From assembly GCF_009914755.1 (NCBI RefSeq), contig NC_060928.1: DNA of 64,000 bases, one strand, 5' to 3'. Position 1 is the stretch's first letter, and every line of letters begins with the position of its first letter. The notes under the pieces are model-generated. The model was given only the letters and a program-made list of their open reading frames with translations. It made no database searches and was not told where the DNA came from. This document shows, in pieces, positions 1 through 14,079 of this stretch. Both the position numbers and the translations under genes were made by a program. This DNA is from the human T2T-CHM13v2.0 reference genome, Homo sapiens.

Positions 1-404
1 TGTTTTTAACTCAATGTGCCAAAGTGTTGTGAAATTTATAATATGTTTTAGAGAAAAATCACAAACACGTATTTATGAAAATGCCGAGAAACTGAGTTTT
101 AGGGGATAATATGGTCATATCATCATCAAATATTGGAAAGTAATTGTAAAATAATACACAATTAATTTTTATTGCTGCATTGTGCATTTTTCTCTTCTAT
201 ATTTCCTCCTTCTGTGCCTTAACAGTGAAGTCAGATGATTTGAGTTTCAAGGGCACCAAACTTTTATTAGTTACTCAAAAATGTTTAGATCTCATTTAAA
301 AAGCAAACAAGTTTTACTGTTCCATGTAGTCATCACTACTGAGAATACAAAGCAAACCTAATGGAATAAATACACATGTTTATATACATCTATATCAAAA
401 TCCA

Positions 405-515
405 CACACATGCATATGTAATAATAAATTTACACATGTATACATACGTACATATGTGTGTGTATATATAGAGAGACAGACATATGTGTGTATGTAGAGA
501 GAGAGAGAGAGAGAC
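405..515. repeat. Low-complexity (CA/TA)-(GA)n microsatellite cluster
   Basis: Runs such as cacacacatgcatatgta, gtgtgtgtatatata and gagagagagagagagaga. Confidence 0.8.
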
Positions 516-2268
516 TCAAATTCTACACCAAAAAAAAAAATCTGTATAAAAGAGTGTCCAATAAAGGCTGGGAAATTATTTGTCCATCTTCAGAAGAAGA
601 GTGAGTCACAACAGACAAAAAAAATTAAGTTCAATTCCTCAAATATTTATTGACTGCTTAGTACATTACAGACCTGGTGGTTAGCAGTGGAGGTGAAGTG
701 ATAATTAGTATGCCCAGTGGTAATTTGTAGTCTAATGACATCTACAACTTGAGAAATAGCTATAGTGCAATATGTTAAAGCTACGTAGAAGAGCAGAGAG
801 CCAAGTGACCTTTGATAGACAAAAATACATTGGAAGAGTGTGCATTGGACTCTATAAGGGAACCACTGGCAGTGCAGAGGTGAGTGGCTCTGGTGCAAGT
901 AACACACATCATGGCTTCGTCAGAGCCTGCACCAGCTGTTCAGATGAAAGCAGTTGATGTGCTCACCATTACCACAGTATGAGTCTCCAGGGGCCATCAG
1001 GACAGGAGTGGCAGTGCTGAGGGCAGTGGAATAGCCAGAGTTCACCAGCCATCCAGAGAAGCTCATAGTCTGGGTTAAGGTGGTGATAGAGATGGTACAG
1101 CCCTCACTCAAGGAGATTATGAAGTGATGACCCGTAGCAAAGTGAGAATAGCAGTGAAAAGAACTTCTCAGACCTTTTTGTGAGTATGAATGATTATTAA
1201 ATACTAGAGAGAGAAAGAAAACTAAAAAAAAACTTCGATAACTTCTCATAATGCTGGTGGGGAGTTAAGTCGTTAATGGAATTTCTGTTGGAATTATAAA
1301 TCCTTAAAATGATGAGGCCTGGGGAAGACAGTAAGGACAATTAATATGCTAAGTTGTATCACATGGAAACCATTTTATAAAATACAGAAAGTTGTATAAA
1401 TAGCCAAAATGTAAGTAGACTTATGGTTTAATGAATAATTACTTCCAAAAATTGTCAATATGAAAATATTGTGGAGATAGAATGACAGATATTCACATAC
1501 ATTTTATATAAAGTATAAAAAGCCATCTTAATTAATCCTGGGGTCCCTTAATGGAAACATCCTCTTATTATATTACTTTATTAACTTGCTGCAGGATAAT
1601 TCTTATGTGAGTAACTAAACCTTTCAATAGTCCCTTCTGAATCACTCTTTGGAATTTAATATTATTAAAGCAATGCACTTGATCTCAGTTTTTAGTCTTT
1701 GTAAGAAAAAAAAATGGTCTCTGAGTCAAAGAAAAGTGTTGAGCAGTAATTAGTTTGGGCAGGGAAATTTATATCAGTGTGCCATCATCTTCTCCACTGG
1801 CGTGCTGGTAGCAGGATGACCTCCAGCTCATTCACCAGCATTTCAGATGTGCAGCACTACTGCTTAGTAACATCTGTGATGTTCCCAAAGACTGGTTTTG
1901 CTTTCTGAGGAAATTTTGCTTATTCACATCTGTTTTCAAGGTTGTTAAGGAGTAAAATGCTTTCTTTACCAGTGCATATGCAAAGCACTGTAAACTGTGC
2001 TTTTTTTGGTAGAATGACATTACTCATTATTGTTTTTAATATTGATATTAGCTGTCAAATACCGTTTTGATCTTAATTATGCCTAAACAAAAAGGAAAGG
2101 AAGATACTTAACACACATACCAACTTGTTTTACATAAAAAAGTAACTTCACTTTTGACTGAAGACTAACTTAAACTAATTTCTGTAAGTTCAAAGCACTG
2201 AAACTGCAGGGAAGAAAATATGCCCCTTTATTGACTGCATGTATTTGTGCTTATAAAAATTATTTTAT

Positions 2269-2563
<295 letters not shown>

Positions 2564-3289
2564 TTATTTTAGAATATTAGGAAATTTATCTGTCTTGCTA
2601 TAATCACACCAATTTCATAACAAAAATTTTCTTTGCTAATAATTGGTTAAACTAAAGACTTAACCATCTCTGCATAATTTAAAAAGAGCTTTAAATCACC
2701 AAAAATTATTATCGTTCCTTCATTTTTTATTTAACTTCTGGTAAATCTTAACTAATATTCTAATAAGTTTGAAAAAGAAAAAATATATACAATCTAGATA
2801 TAGTGTAAGACTTTGGTGAAGGATTAATACCATAAATATTTATGAAATATAGTTACTCACAAATAATTTTAAAACAATAACTTCTCCGTTGTTACTAGTA
2901 CTTTGATGTATATATGTTGTTATCAACTAATGGAGATACATTTTAGTGATGAAAAGATTTTTTACGCTTAAGGATATCAAGACCTACTTATTAAATTTAA
3001 TTGGCACTATTATAATGATAATGTTTACACTTTTCATTCAGTTGCCCTAAATCATTATAATACCACCCCTTTTCCCAAAATATCAGAGACAAATGAATAT
3101 TGAAGCTAGTCCTGATTCCTGCTCTTACCCTCTGCTTATAGTTATCATTAAAATCACCATTTTGTTTCAAATTATGTATTTGCCTCTCTTGTTTTCCTAA
3201 CCACATTGCAAACTGCACGGTTAGTGCCTATTTCTCCAATATTTGGCACAGTACAGAGCACATGAGGGAAATTTAACATACACTTATGC

Positions 3290-3820
3290 CAAAGGTTCCC
3301 AACCTTTTTGTCACCAGGGACCAGTTTCATGAACGACATTTTTTCCACAAACCAGGGGAAGGCAGAGGTGGTTTGGGGGATGATTCAAGCACATTAAATT
3401 TATTGTGCACTTTATTTCTATTAATATTACATTGTAATATATAGGGAAATAATTATACAACTCACCATAATGTAGCATCAGTGGGAGCCCTGAATTTGTT
3501 TTTCTGCAAATAGATGGTCCCATGTGGGAGTGATGGGAGATAATGGCAGATCATCAGGCATTAGATTATCATGAGGAGCACACAATCTAGATTTCTCACA
3601 TAAGCAGTTCATAATAGGGTCCACACTCCTATGAGAGTCTAATGCCACTGCTGATCTGACAGGATGCAGAGCTCAGGTGGTAATGTGAGCAATGGGGAGC
3701 GGCTGTAAATAAAAATGAAGCTTTGCTCCCTTGCCCTCTGCTCACTTCCTGCTGTGTTGCCTGGTTCCTAACCAGGCCAAGGGCAGTAGCAGTCCATGGT
3801 CTGGGGTTTGGGAACTCCTG
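3290..3820 (-). mobile_element. MER1A-like non-autonomous hAT-Charlie DNA transposon
   Basis: Terminal inverted repeats caaaggttcccaacc / ggtttgggaactcctg. About 530 bp matching the recalled MER1A consensus. 8-bp TSD acttatgc (3282-3289) / atttatgc (3821-3828), typical of hAT elements. Confidence 0.9.
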
Positions 3821-4239
3821 ATTTATGCAACTGAATGTAAATAGATATGTTAATTTGCAAAATGCTTGATTTTCAAATTGGATAAGTTTGATTCTCATTT
3901 ATTATGAAAATATACTATTTACAGACCAAAAAAAAAAAAAAGAACTAAATTGGGGTTTGAAAAGAGAGGCATTTTTAGAGAGGCACTAGTACTATGGTTT
4001 GTGCTTAATTTTTTTTAAATGATTTTCAGTATTTTTTATTTGGCAGTAAGTAGATGGCTTATTGTTCATTATCCTTGATAAATTTATACCGTGTATGGTC
4101 AATATTAGACCATAAACTACTTGAAGGCAGCAATTTAACACTTCACTATATATCTAACATTTCTATAGCAACTTCTATGTTGCCTTTTTCAAAATAGAAC
4201 TCAAATCATATATTCATCAACTATGACTGCTATAAAAAG

Positions 4240-5090
4240 TAATTCAACTTAGCAAATATCGAGTACTTGCTGTGTCCATCGCTGTGCTCAGTCTTGCACA
4301 TAAAGTTTAAAAAACAATTCCTTTTCTCACTGTTTATAGCCTGGTGGAGAAGTATACTAATTATTAGGGAATAAACATACAAATAATTGATGTGATTGGG
4401 GAAACTAAACCAGGCATGCTTGGTGTAAGTGAGTCTTCAAAGAACAGATGTCTATGCTGTGAACTAGAGAACAAGGAAGGATTGGATAATGTAAACAGTG
4501 GAAGAGAGTCTTCCTGACAGAAGAGAGGGTATAGGAAACTTTTTTGAAAAATAATGATGTCATCAAATTTGCATTTAAGAAAATATTATTGGCTATATTT
4601 TGGAGAATGGTGTGGTGAGGATCAGACAAAAATTGGTCAAACAGCAAACTGTTTTATAAAACTCCACAAGAGCATATGATTTTCTGTACTAAAGTAGTAA
4701 CAGCGAGAATGGAAGAAACAGTTTTCGGAGACTAGTGACAGGATTGTCTTAATAGGACTTGGTCTTTTTACAAATGTTAGTTGGAGAGAAAGTGTGTTAA
4801 ACATTTACATCACTCACCTTTCTGCTTCAGCTATGTTGGAACTATTGGCACCTTTCTCTAAAATAGAAAACATGGGAGGAGAGGTTTGTGGGGAAAAATA
4901 AATTGAGTTTTACATATATTAAATGTGAGATGGCCTTGAGCTATTAAAATACAGGTAACTGATAGCAATTGTTTATATATGTCTTGAGATGGGGAGAAAG
5001 ATATCAGCTAAAGATGCTTTTTAGGGAGTAATCACCATACAGATAGACAATGACTGAAGATAAAGTGGTAAGACATTTCTATGGATGAAG
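4240..5090 (-). mobile_element. Degenerate L2 LINE remnant
   Basis: L2 3'-end-like sequence (attcaac...aaatatcgagtacttgctgtgtcc...ctgtgct) followed by purine-rich L2-like blocks. Boundaries approximate. Confidence 0.5.
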
Positions 5091-6029
5091 ATTCATGCGG
5101 ATAAAATAGCCTGCAACAAAAGCAACAACCACCAAACAATAATCAGCATTGCTAGAGACAGTTTAAGAAAAGCATTAAAACTAAGGAGAATCTTTGTGAA
5201 AGAATCTTTCTACCCTGTCATCCTAAGAGATCTCATCCTGAAATAAGAATAGGAAAAATAAAATATAATTTAGCTGAAAAAATTTTCACTAATGTGTGTA
5301 GAAAACTTTATAAATCATATGTTTAAAATATCAAAAGCAAAATTGTGTGATCAATAGTCTTTACACTTAAAAACAATTCTTCTCCAAACTAAGGTTTTCA
5401 AATAATTTCAGAAGAACTTAAAAGATTTGCATTGACTCCATTGAAGATGATGAAGCCGGGAGAGCACAATGTATGCATAGCCTTGAAGCATTATAATGTA
5501 GATTCTATACAGCTTTTCTACAGATTGAATTGGATACACAAATTACCCACTTAGACAGAATTTCAAAATATATATGTCTAACCAAAGTAGTTACTTTAAA
5601 AACACTTCTATATTATGTTTTTCATATTGTATACATTACATAAATTCATATCATGGTATTGAGCACTTTTACATGTATTTTATATGGTAAGAAAATATAT
5701 TTTATGAAATAACTATATTTAATAGATGTTTCAGAAAAGCATAAAATGACTTATTGGAAAATTTTAAAAAGTAATATCCTTTGTATTTATTTTGTTAAAT
5801 AACTAGCTTTGTGAGCAATCAAGATCAATTAACCAAAAATAATATACTCATTGCATTTCACGGAAAACATTACAACTTACAAGTATGTCAGCAATAAGAA
5901 ACCTTTGTTTTAAGTATACCTTTATTTAAAGTGAACAACTGTGTTGTTCTCTCTTAAGTCTATGAGAGCTGCAATTTGCTATCCTTGGAATGAGAGAAGA
6001 AAGTCATGCACTCCCTCTGAATCTGCATG

Positions 6030-6460
6030 ATCAACTTTCTCAATGTCTGTGAACACACCAAGCACCTGCCTACACCAGGACTGTTGCCCTTGTCATTCCT
6101 TCTGCCTGGGATTTCCCCCCAAATACATGCATATTTTGTTCCCTTATCTCCTCATGTTGATTTTCAAATATCACCTTCTCTGAATTTTTCTCTGATCACC
6201 TCAGCTTATAAACTTCAACTCCACTTCCAGTCTTTAGCACTGTCTACCTTGCTTACTTTTCTTATTTCTCCACAGTAGTAATCATCCTATACATAATATC
6301 TATTTTATTCTATATTTTTCCATTGACTCATGCTAGTATGTGATCCTCTTAAATTATGCATTTTATTGACTGTTTTGCTCACTGCTACATCCTCACAGTT
6401 AAGGAAAATATTCATTAAATTACAAATGTCCTATATATTTATATTTGTTAAAATAATTAT
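6030..6460 (+). mobile_element. Degenerate L2 LINE 3' remnant
   Basis: L2-typical motifs (gaacacaccaagcac, ccttctgcctggga, tcaaatatcaccttctc, atatttgttaaaataa). Confidence 0.55.
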
Positions 6461-7196
6461 TCATTTCTGTGATTAAAATATATTATAAAAGAGAGTTAAA
6501 GGATGATTGTTAATTAGACATTTAAACAATGTCTTCAGATACACATAATTTAGCATAATTCTACTTCACACATACTGTATTAATCTTTAGTCTATGAAAT
6601 TTATTATTAGAACATATGGAGAAGAAAATAGAAAGACTTAAGCAGCTTATATTTCAGTAAATCAGTTTTTGTTTCTTCGGGAGTTCTTTGGGAACTAACA
6701 ATGTTCCCTGAAGTTGTTAGTATACTTTCTGAAATAAATAATATTTTTTAAAAAAGGCTTTCTATTCAAAATCTCTTCTGAGATAAACATTGAAACCAAA
6801 GTTATAATACAAGAAACAGTCAGATTAACATGCCACAGTGGATAACATGGGAACAACTGGCCACCAACACTGCCACTAGGCAGTGAATGTGACATTTAAT
6901 TTTACAATAATTTTATCACAAGTTCATACATACAAGCACACACAAGACACACATACACACTCGTGCCCACACATTCAGAGGCTGTTACAAAATTGATGTT
7001 ATCTTTCTTGAGGTAAAAACACGCCTAATGTCCAGAAGGCGGAGTTTTTGTAAGATGTAGATTATTGCTCTAACTCCATGAATTTTGACGGGGTTAAGAA
7101 TAATGCAGTCACTACTTTAGGATATTGGACTTACATCAGGAGTACAGTAAATAATGTTGATTAATTAAAACAAAGTAAATTACTATAAATAAAGAA

Positions 7197-10100
7197 TCCC
7201 TGTTTATCAGATCATGGAGCTTTTGGGCAGAGACTATAGAGTTATTTAGATATGGAATCATATTATCTGAAAATAGGGATAGTTTTAGATCTTCTCTTAC
7301 TATTTGGATGCTGTTTACTTCTATCTCTTGCCTTATTTTTTTCTGGCCAGGATTTGTAGTCCTATGTTGAACAGGAGTAATGTGAGAAGTTAACCTTGTC
7401 TTTTTCCAGTTTTCAATGGAAATGCTTCTATCTTTTGCCCATTCAGTAAAATGTTGGCTGTGAGTTTGTCTTAGATAGCTCTTATTATTTTTAAGTATGT
7501 TCTTTTTGTGCACAGTTTTTGAGGGTTTTTAACATGAAGGGATGTTGCATTTTATTGAAGGCCTTATCTGCATCTATTGAGATAATCACGTGGCTTTTGT
7601 TTTTAGTTCTGTTTAAGTGATGAATCATATTTGTAGATTTGTGTGTGTTGAACCAGCCTTGCGTCAGAGAAATAAAGACTACTTGATCTTGGTGAATTAA
7701 CTTTTTGATGTGCTGCTGGATTTGGCTTACTAATATTTTGTTGAGGATTTTTGCATCTATGTTCATCAAGGATATTGGCCTGAAGTCTTTTTTTTTAATT
7801 GCATGTATGCCAGGTTTTGGTGTCAGGATGATGCTGCCTTCATAAAATGAGTTAGGGAGGAGTACCTCCTAGGGACTGGAGGAGTGGGACTTACCATTCT
7901 TTATATATTTAGTAGAATTTTGGTGTGAATCCATCTGGTCCCAGGCTATTTTTTGATTAGCAGGCTTTTTATTACTGATTTAATTTTCAAACTTGTCGTT
8001 AGTCTGTTAAGGTATTTAATTTCTTTCTGATTCAGTCTTGGGAGAGTATATGTTTCCAGGAATTTAGCCATCTCTTGTAGTTTTTCTAGCTTGTGTACAT
8101 AAGGGTGTTCCTAGTAGTCTCTGTGGGTTTTGTATTTCTGTGGGGTCAGCGGTAAAACTCTCTTTGTCATTTGTGTTTATTTGGATCATCTATCTCTTCT
8201 TTATTAGTTGAGCTAGTGATCTACATATCTTGCTAAATTTTTTTGAAAAATAAAAACAATTCCTAGTTTTGTTGGTCTTTTCTATAGTTTTTTTTGTGTC
8301 CCAATTTCCTTCAATTCATCTTTGGTTTTGGCCATTTCTTGTCTTCTGCTATCTCTGGGGTTAGTTTGCTCTTGTTTCCCTAGTTCCTCTAGTTGTGATG
8401 TTAAGTTGTTAATTTGAGATCTTTATAACTTCTTGATGTGGGTATTTAGTGCTATAAACTCCCATCTTAACACTGTCTTAGCCATATCCCAGAGATTGTG
8501 GTGCATTGTATCTTTGTTCTCAGTAGTTCCAAAGAACTTCTTGATTTCTGCCTTAATTTCATTATTTATCCAAAAGTCATTCAGGAGCAGTTTGTTTAAT
8601 TTCCATGTAATTACATGCTTTTGAGTTGACATTTTTAGTCTTGGCTTTTTTTTTATTGTACTGTAGTCCAACTGTGTTTGGTATGATTTTGTTTATTTTG
8701 AATTTTCAGAGGATTGATTTATAGCCAACTGTGTGTTCAATTTTAGAGTGTGTGCTATGTGCAGATAAGAAGCTTGTTCTGTTGTTTTTTGGCGGAGTGT
8801 TCTTTAGATGTCTATTAGGTTCATTTGTTGAAGTGTTGAGTTCAGGTCCTGTATATATTTGTTAGATTTCTACCTGAGTTATCTGTGTGGCTTGTAGGGT
8901 TTCTGCTGAAAGCTCCACTGTTAGCTTGATAGGGTTCCCTTTGTAGGTGACTCGCACCTTCTCTCTAGCTGCTTTAACATTTTTAATTTCATTTTGACCT
9001 AGAAGAATCTGATGATTATGTGTCCTGAGAATGATGTTCTTGAAATTCAGGAGTAAGTCAAAACACAATCCAAGAATTCTAAGGAATACAATACAACAAT
9101 ACAGGGGAGGAAAGAAAAAAATGGCCATTTTAAGAAAGAACCAAACTCAGCTGAAAGAGCTAATCAACTAACTTCAAAATTTTCAGAATACAATCACAAG
9201 TGTTAACAGCAGAATCTACCAAACTGAGGGAAGAATCTCAGAGTTTGAAAACTGGCTGTCCAAAACAACTTAGAAAAAAATAAAAAATCATAAAGAAGAA
9301 TGAGCAAAACAATCAAGAAATATGGGACCTATTCATAATCTGAATTCTATTTTTGTTATTTCAGCCATTTCAGCCTGGTTAAGAACCATTGCTGGGGAAC
9401 TAGTGAGATCATTTGGAGTTAAGAAGACACTCTGGCTTTTTGAGTTGTTAGAGTTCCCCTGCTGTTTTTTTTCTCATCTGTGTGGGTTGATATTCCTTCA
9501 GTCTTTAAAGCTGCTGTCTTTGGATGGGTTTTTATATTTTGTTTTTATTTTCTTTGATGTTCTTGGGAACTTGATTTGGTATAAGGTGGTTTTAGTTGAC
9601 TGGCTTTGTTTCTGGTAGATTTTTGTACTCCTTGGCTTAGCTTAGTACTCCTTGGCTGTGTGCTGTAACTCTAGGGGGCTGGTATCAGGCCCCTGGCTTT
9701 GTTCTTTCACCCCTCAAGGTGCTGTTGTACTGGAAAGGCCAAGGTCTTCCCATAACACTGCTCATAACACTCTGAAGGGTAGTGCCAGCCAAAGCAGTTT
9801 TTCAGGCAATGGCAGTGGGATCCATGCTCATGTGCTCGTTTTCTTGTGCCAACGGCAGTGGCAGCACAGCAAGGTGCATGATCATTCATGCCAGCAGCAA
9901 TCATGGTGCAGGGTGGGGGGCAGAGACACTGGCATCCCTGTACATGTTAGTGCCAGCAATGGCAGTATGGTGGTGCCATGTTGGGGCAATGAGTGTGCTC
10001 ATGCCAACAGCAATGTCAGGGCACGGTGTATGCCCACCCTTACACCAGAAGGAGAGGCATAATCCACCCATGCATAGCACGCCAACAAAGTGATGAAGGA

Positions 10101-10890
10101 TTGGCCACGGGTGAGTATGTGCCAGCAAAGTGGCACAAGGGAGGCTGTGGTGTGGGGAGGGCAAAGGTGGGTTTGTATGTTTTGGCAGGGGCCACTCTGC
10201 TGGAGTTCTCCAATGGTCAGGCATGGCCTGCCAGCATAGGAGCTATAATGGAGATCCCCAGGCGGCATTCTAGTTGGGCATCCAAGGCACCACTGAAAGC
10301 AGGAAGAGCCAGGCTGGAGCCTCAGGAGAGGCAAGCAGACAAAAGAGCCTTCAGATCAGACTGTAATTATTTCATGGGAAAGATTGCCCTGCTCTGTTCA
10401 AATCCAACATTTCCCCTAAGGCTGGAGTCTCCTACGAGAGAGGGAGAAGCCTTGAGGGATGGGTGTCTCTAACCTTACTCACCTGCAGACATTTCCATAC
10501 TAAACCCTCTGGGCTCTGTATATGCTGGAGTCCTGCCCCTACCACCCCTCTAAATAGCTCTCCCTGTCAGCTTAAGCATCCATGGGGGTCATGGGCCCCC
10601 CTGCTGTCAGGATTTCTAAGGTCTGTGGTGAGAGTTGGTCGCTCTTCACCTGCTCGACTCATCCCTTACCCAGGAGTCATTGGAGACCAGGAATGGGTCC
10701 CAATGTGTGATAGATTTATGCAGGGTTTCCAGCTTCTCCTACTTCAGCCCAGCCCTTATATCCTCCCTCTGGCCACTCTCAACGTCCTCAATCAGAAGAT
10801 CTCCTTGGAGTGCACCAGTCTTTCCAGTGCTTCCGTCCCTCAGTGGCAGATGTTCCTCCTAACTTCATCTAGTTGGCAATCTTGCCTGCA
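7197..10890 (-). mobile_element. Old primate L1 (about L1PA13-L1PA16/L1PREC2-type): 5'UTR, ORF1 and part of ORF2; 3'-truncated, with internal inversion and deletions
   Basis: Minus-strand ORF2 remnants ([12 protein letters not shown]...[13 protein letters not shown]; LSLFSDNMI), ORF1 remnants (KAAREK..VTYKGNPIKLT) and a 5' start caagattgccaactag near 10884. Segment 9041-9327 is in the opposite orientation. Confidence 0.9.
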
Positions 10891-11893
10891 GGCCCTGTCA
10901 ATTCTTAATATAACATATTTAATGACAGGTAAAATCATCTGCAATGTCACTGTGTTATCTACCTAATTAAATAAATCATTTACTTAATTTATAAGTGCCA
11001 AATTGATTAAATTACTTTTGGTAGATTAATAGAATTTTTAAGTAAACCATTTTTCAGTATTACATTTTGTTTGGAAATATTAAGAAAACTGACTTCTGAA
11101 TTATCTCTTCAATTTCAAATTAGTTAATATAGTATGAGAATCTATGCTAAAGTCAGAGTTGTGAAAGGAAAAACACAACCAAAGCCTTAGCTCAAACTTT
11201 TGTTATATTTTGCAGTTTGAGGAATGCTCAAAAAGACTTCTTTATGGTGAGTACAAAGCTGAAACATTTTATATGATAGATTGGGGAAGGGCAGTCAAAG
11301 TTTGATTTTATTCCGAATATTGTTCACCCTTAAAATTCTTGAAACACATGGGAGAAACCAAGGTTGTGTTAATTACAGTACTAGAAGGATCATGATCAAG
11401 ACTGAGACTGTAATTTAGCCTATAAAGAATAATTGAATATTTGCTGAATAAGTAAGTAGCCTTTAGTTACCCAACTGGAGTTTAGCAAGAAGGTTGGTAG
11501 AAAGTTAAGGGCTAAGATCTTTGCAGTGTCACCGGAAAACTATCCCTCCATCAGCATATTTCAAAAATATGATTCAATTATTTTCTTTCTATAATATTAA
11601 TTTCATTGTTTTTGAGGAAAAGAATCAAGTCCTGCTTAAAGTGCATCATCTCTTCTGTGCTGAATTACCAATAATCAACAGCAGCTTTAGCAGTTTCCTA
11701 TATGGATCTGAATTAAAATTTGTACATTACAATATCTCTCACAAAATTTGGAAAGAAGATATTCACTCAAGAGGCTGTGGGAAGCAGATACCGCAACTGA
11801 GCATTCCGGCAATCTCTAGCTTTACTGCTACAGGCTGAGACAGTTGATTGTTATCCTTTCCAAGGCAATTTCCTGGCAACAGTTTTAGAACTA

Positions 11894-12330
11894 CAGTTGG
11901 CCCTTGAACAATACAGGATGAACTGGATGTATCGACTTACACTCAGATTATCTTTCCCCTCTGCCACTCATGAGATGGCAAGACCAACTCCTTCTCTTCC
12001 TCCTCTTCCTCAGCCTACTTAACATTAAAATGACAAGAACGGAGGGCTTTTTGATGATCCACTTCCACTTAATAAATAGTAAATGTATTTTCTCTTCCTC
12101 ATAATTTTCTTAGTAACATTTACTTTTCTCTAACTTACTGTATTGTAAGAGTACAGTATATAATACATAAACAACATATGTGTTAATCGACAGTTTCTGT
12201 TATTGGTAAGACTTCCAGTCAGCAGTAGGCTATTAATAGTTACATTTTGGGGGAGTAAAAAGTTATATGCAGATTTTTATTTGCATAGAGTTTGGCACTT
12301 CCAACTCTTGCATTGTTCAAGGGTCACCTA
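11894..12330 (+). mobile_element. Tigger2a (MER28)-like TcMar MITE
   Basis: TIRs cagttggcccttgaacaa / ttgttcaagggtcaccta, preceded by TA. Internal sequence matches the recalled Tigger2a consensus (gatgatccacttccacttaat, cagtaggctatta). Confidence 0.85.
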
Positions 12331-12334
12331 CACT

Positions 12335-12518
12335 TGCTACAGGGCACCTGGCTGCTCCAGTGACTTTTCAACTGACTTAACAGCTGCAGCCTTCCCTACC
12401 GACCTTCACTTTCATCACTTTTCCAAATATTGTATAAGCCCTAATTTCTGTATTTAACCTGTTTATTCCGATAATACTTAAGATGGCTCTGTTATTCTGA
12501 GCAACCCAAAATGATACA
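12335..12518 (+). mobile_element. Probable ancient ERVL-class LTR 3' portion, possibly the host of the Tigger2a insertion
   Basis: Ends with tggctctgttattctg...tgataca, resembling ERVL/LTR16-like termini. Family not determined. Confidence 0.35.
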
Positions 12519-13486
12519 CTTGGACACAAACATGAAATCAACCCTGTATATTAGAACCCTTTTCAATACATGCTACCTGTGTAATGTATCTTTTAAAGTA
12601 GGGCTGCCACAATATCCAGAACAACCCAACCAAATCCAGAAAACTGTAAAACCAAAAAGTCCTTTTTCCGAAGTTAACGACTTCATCTATCTAATGATAA
12701 AACTTTGTTTACTCATATTTAAGGCTGCTTGTACTGATAGGACTCAATATTGCTATCAATCTAGCATGTTAACATAAATAAAACATCTAGAACTGACTTC
12801 TCTCTGTTAAGATCATACCACTGTAATGGGTTTTAAGAACTTGTATTTGCATGCAGCCTTAAATACTTTCCCCAAAGAGAGAAAGGTCTTTATCTTTTGG
12901 ATGATAATATCTTAAAATTAATGTTTAAAATTATAAGGAGACAGAAAAACAGCAATGCACCATTTTTGAAAACTGAGGCTGATCTTTATTATATTCAGTT
13001 ATTTTTTTAGCCTCTACCATAATCAGTTTGAGGGCAAAGACCCAGCCTTATTCACCCATATAATCCCCTTCAGCCTACCCAATTGTAATTTATAGAATAG
13101 CATTTTGTACATAAACAATTGTTCTGTGAGTATTTATGAGAAATTTTTTAATGTGATGTCAAGAAGAAGAAGAAAGCAAAAGCTTAGCAGAATACCAAAA
13201 TGAGGGTATGGCAAAATTTAGAAGAGATCTTCACTCACAGAATTACTATCAAAGTTCAACAAATGGACACACAATACATGTTTTTCAATAAAAAGGAGGC
13301 CAAGAGTAAGTTTCCTTCTTATAACAGACAAACTCACATATATATTCATATACACATCTGTATGTTAAAAATATGTATTTACTTTTTCTCATTTGACAAT
13401 GTGATTCTATGAGTATTATTACTTTTGATGCTTATGATAATGTTATGTGGGAGAGATAACCTTCTTATACAATCATATCCTACTAA

Positions 13487-13946
<460 letters not shown>

Positions 13947-14079
13947 TAACTTTATATTTTACAGAGACTTTTATCATAAATTTTTCAGAATTTCATTTAA
14001 CTGTATTCATTATTACATGTCTTTGCTTTTCCACCTCATGTTTCTTGGATATAGAAAATGAGCCTCAAAAATACATATT

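Noticed and set aside
772-1249. Moderately GC-rich segment with short ORFs, a possible exon or old LTR
   Set aside because: No recognisable homology or splice structure. Cannot be assigned from sequence alone.
9652-10966. Cluster of 100-170-aa ORFs on both strands
   Set aside because: They lie in a GC-richer L1 5'UTR and show no recognisable protein similarity.
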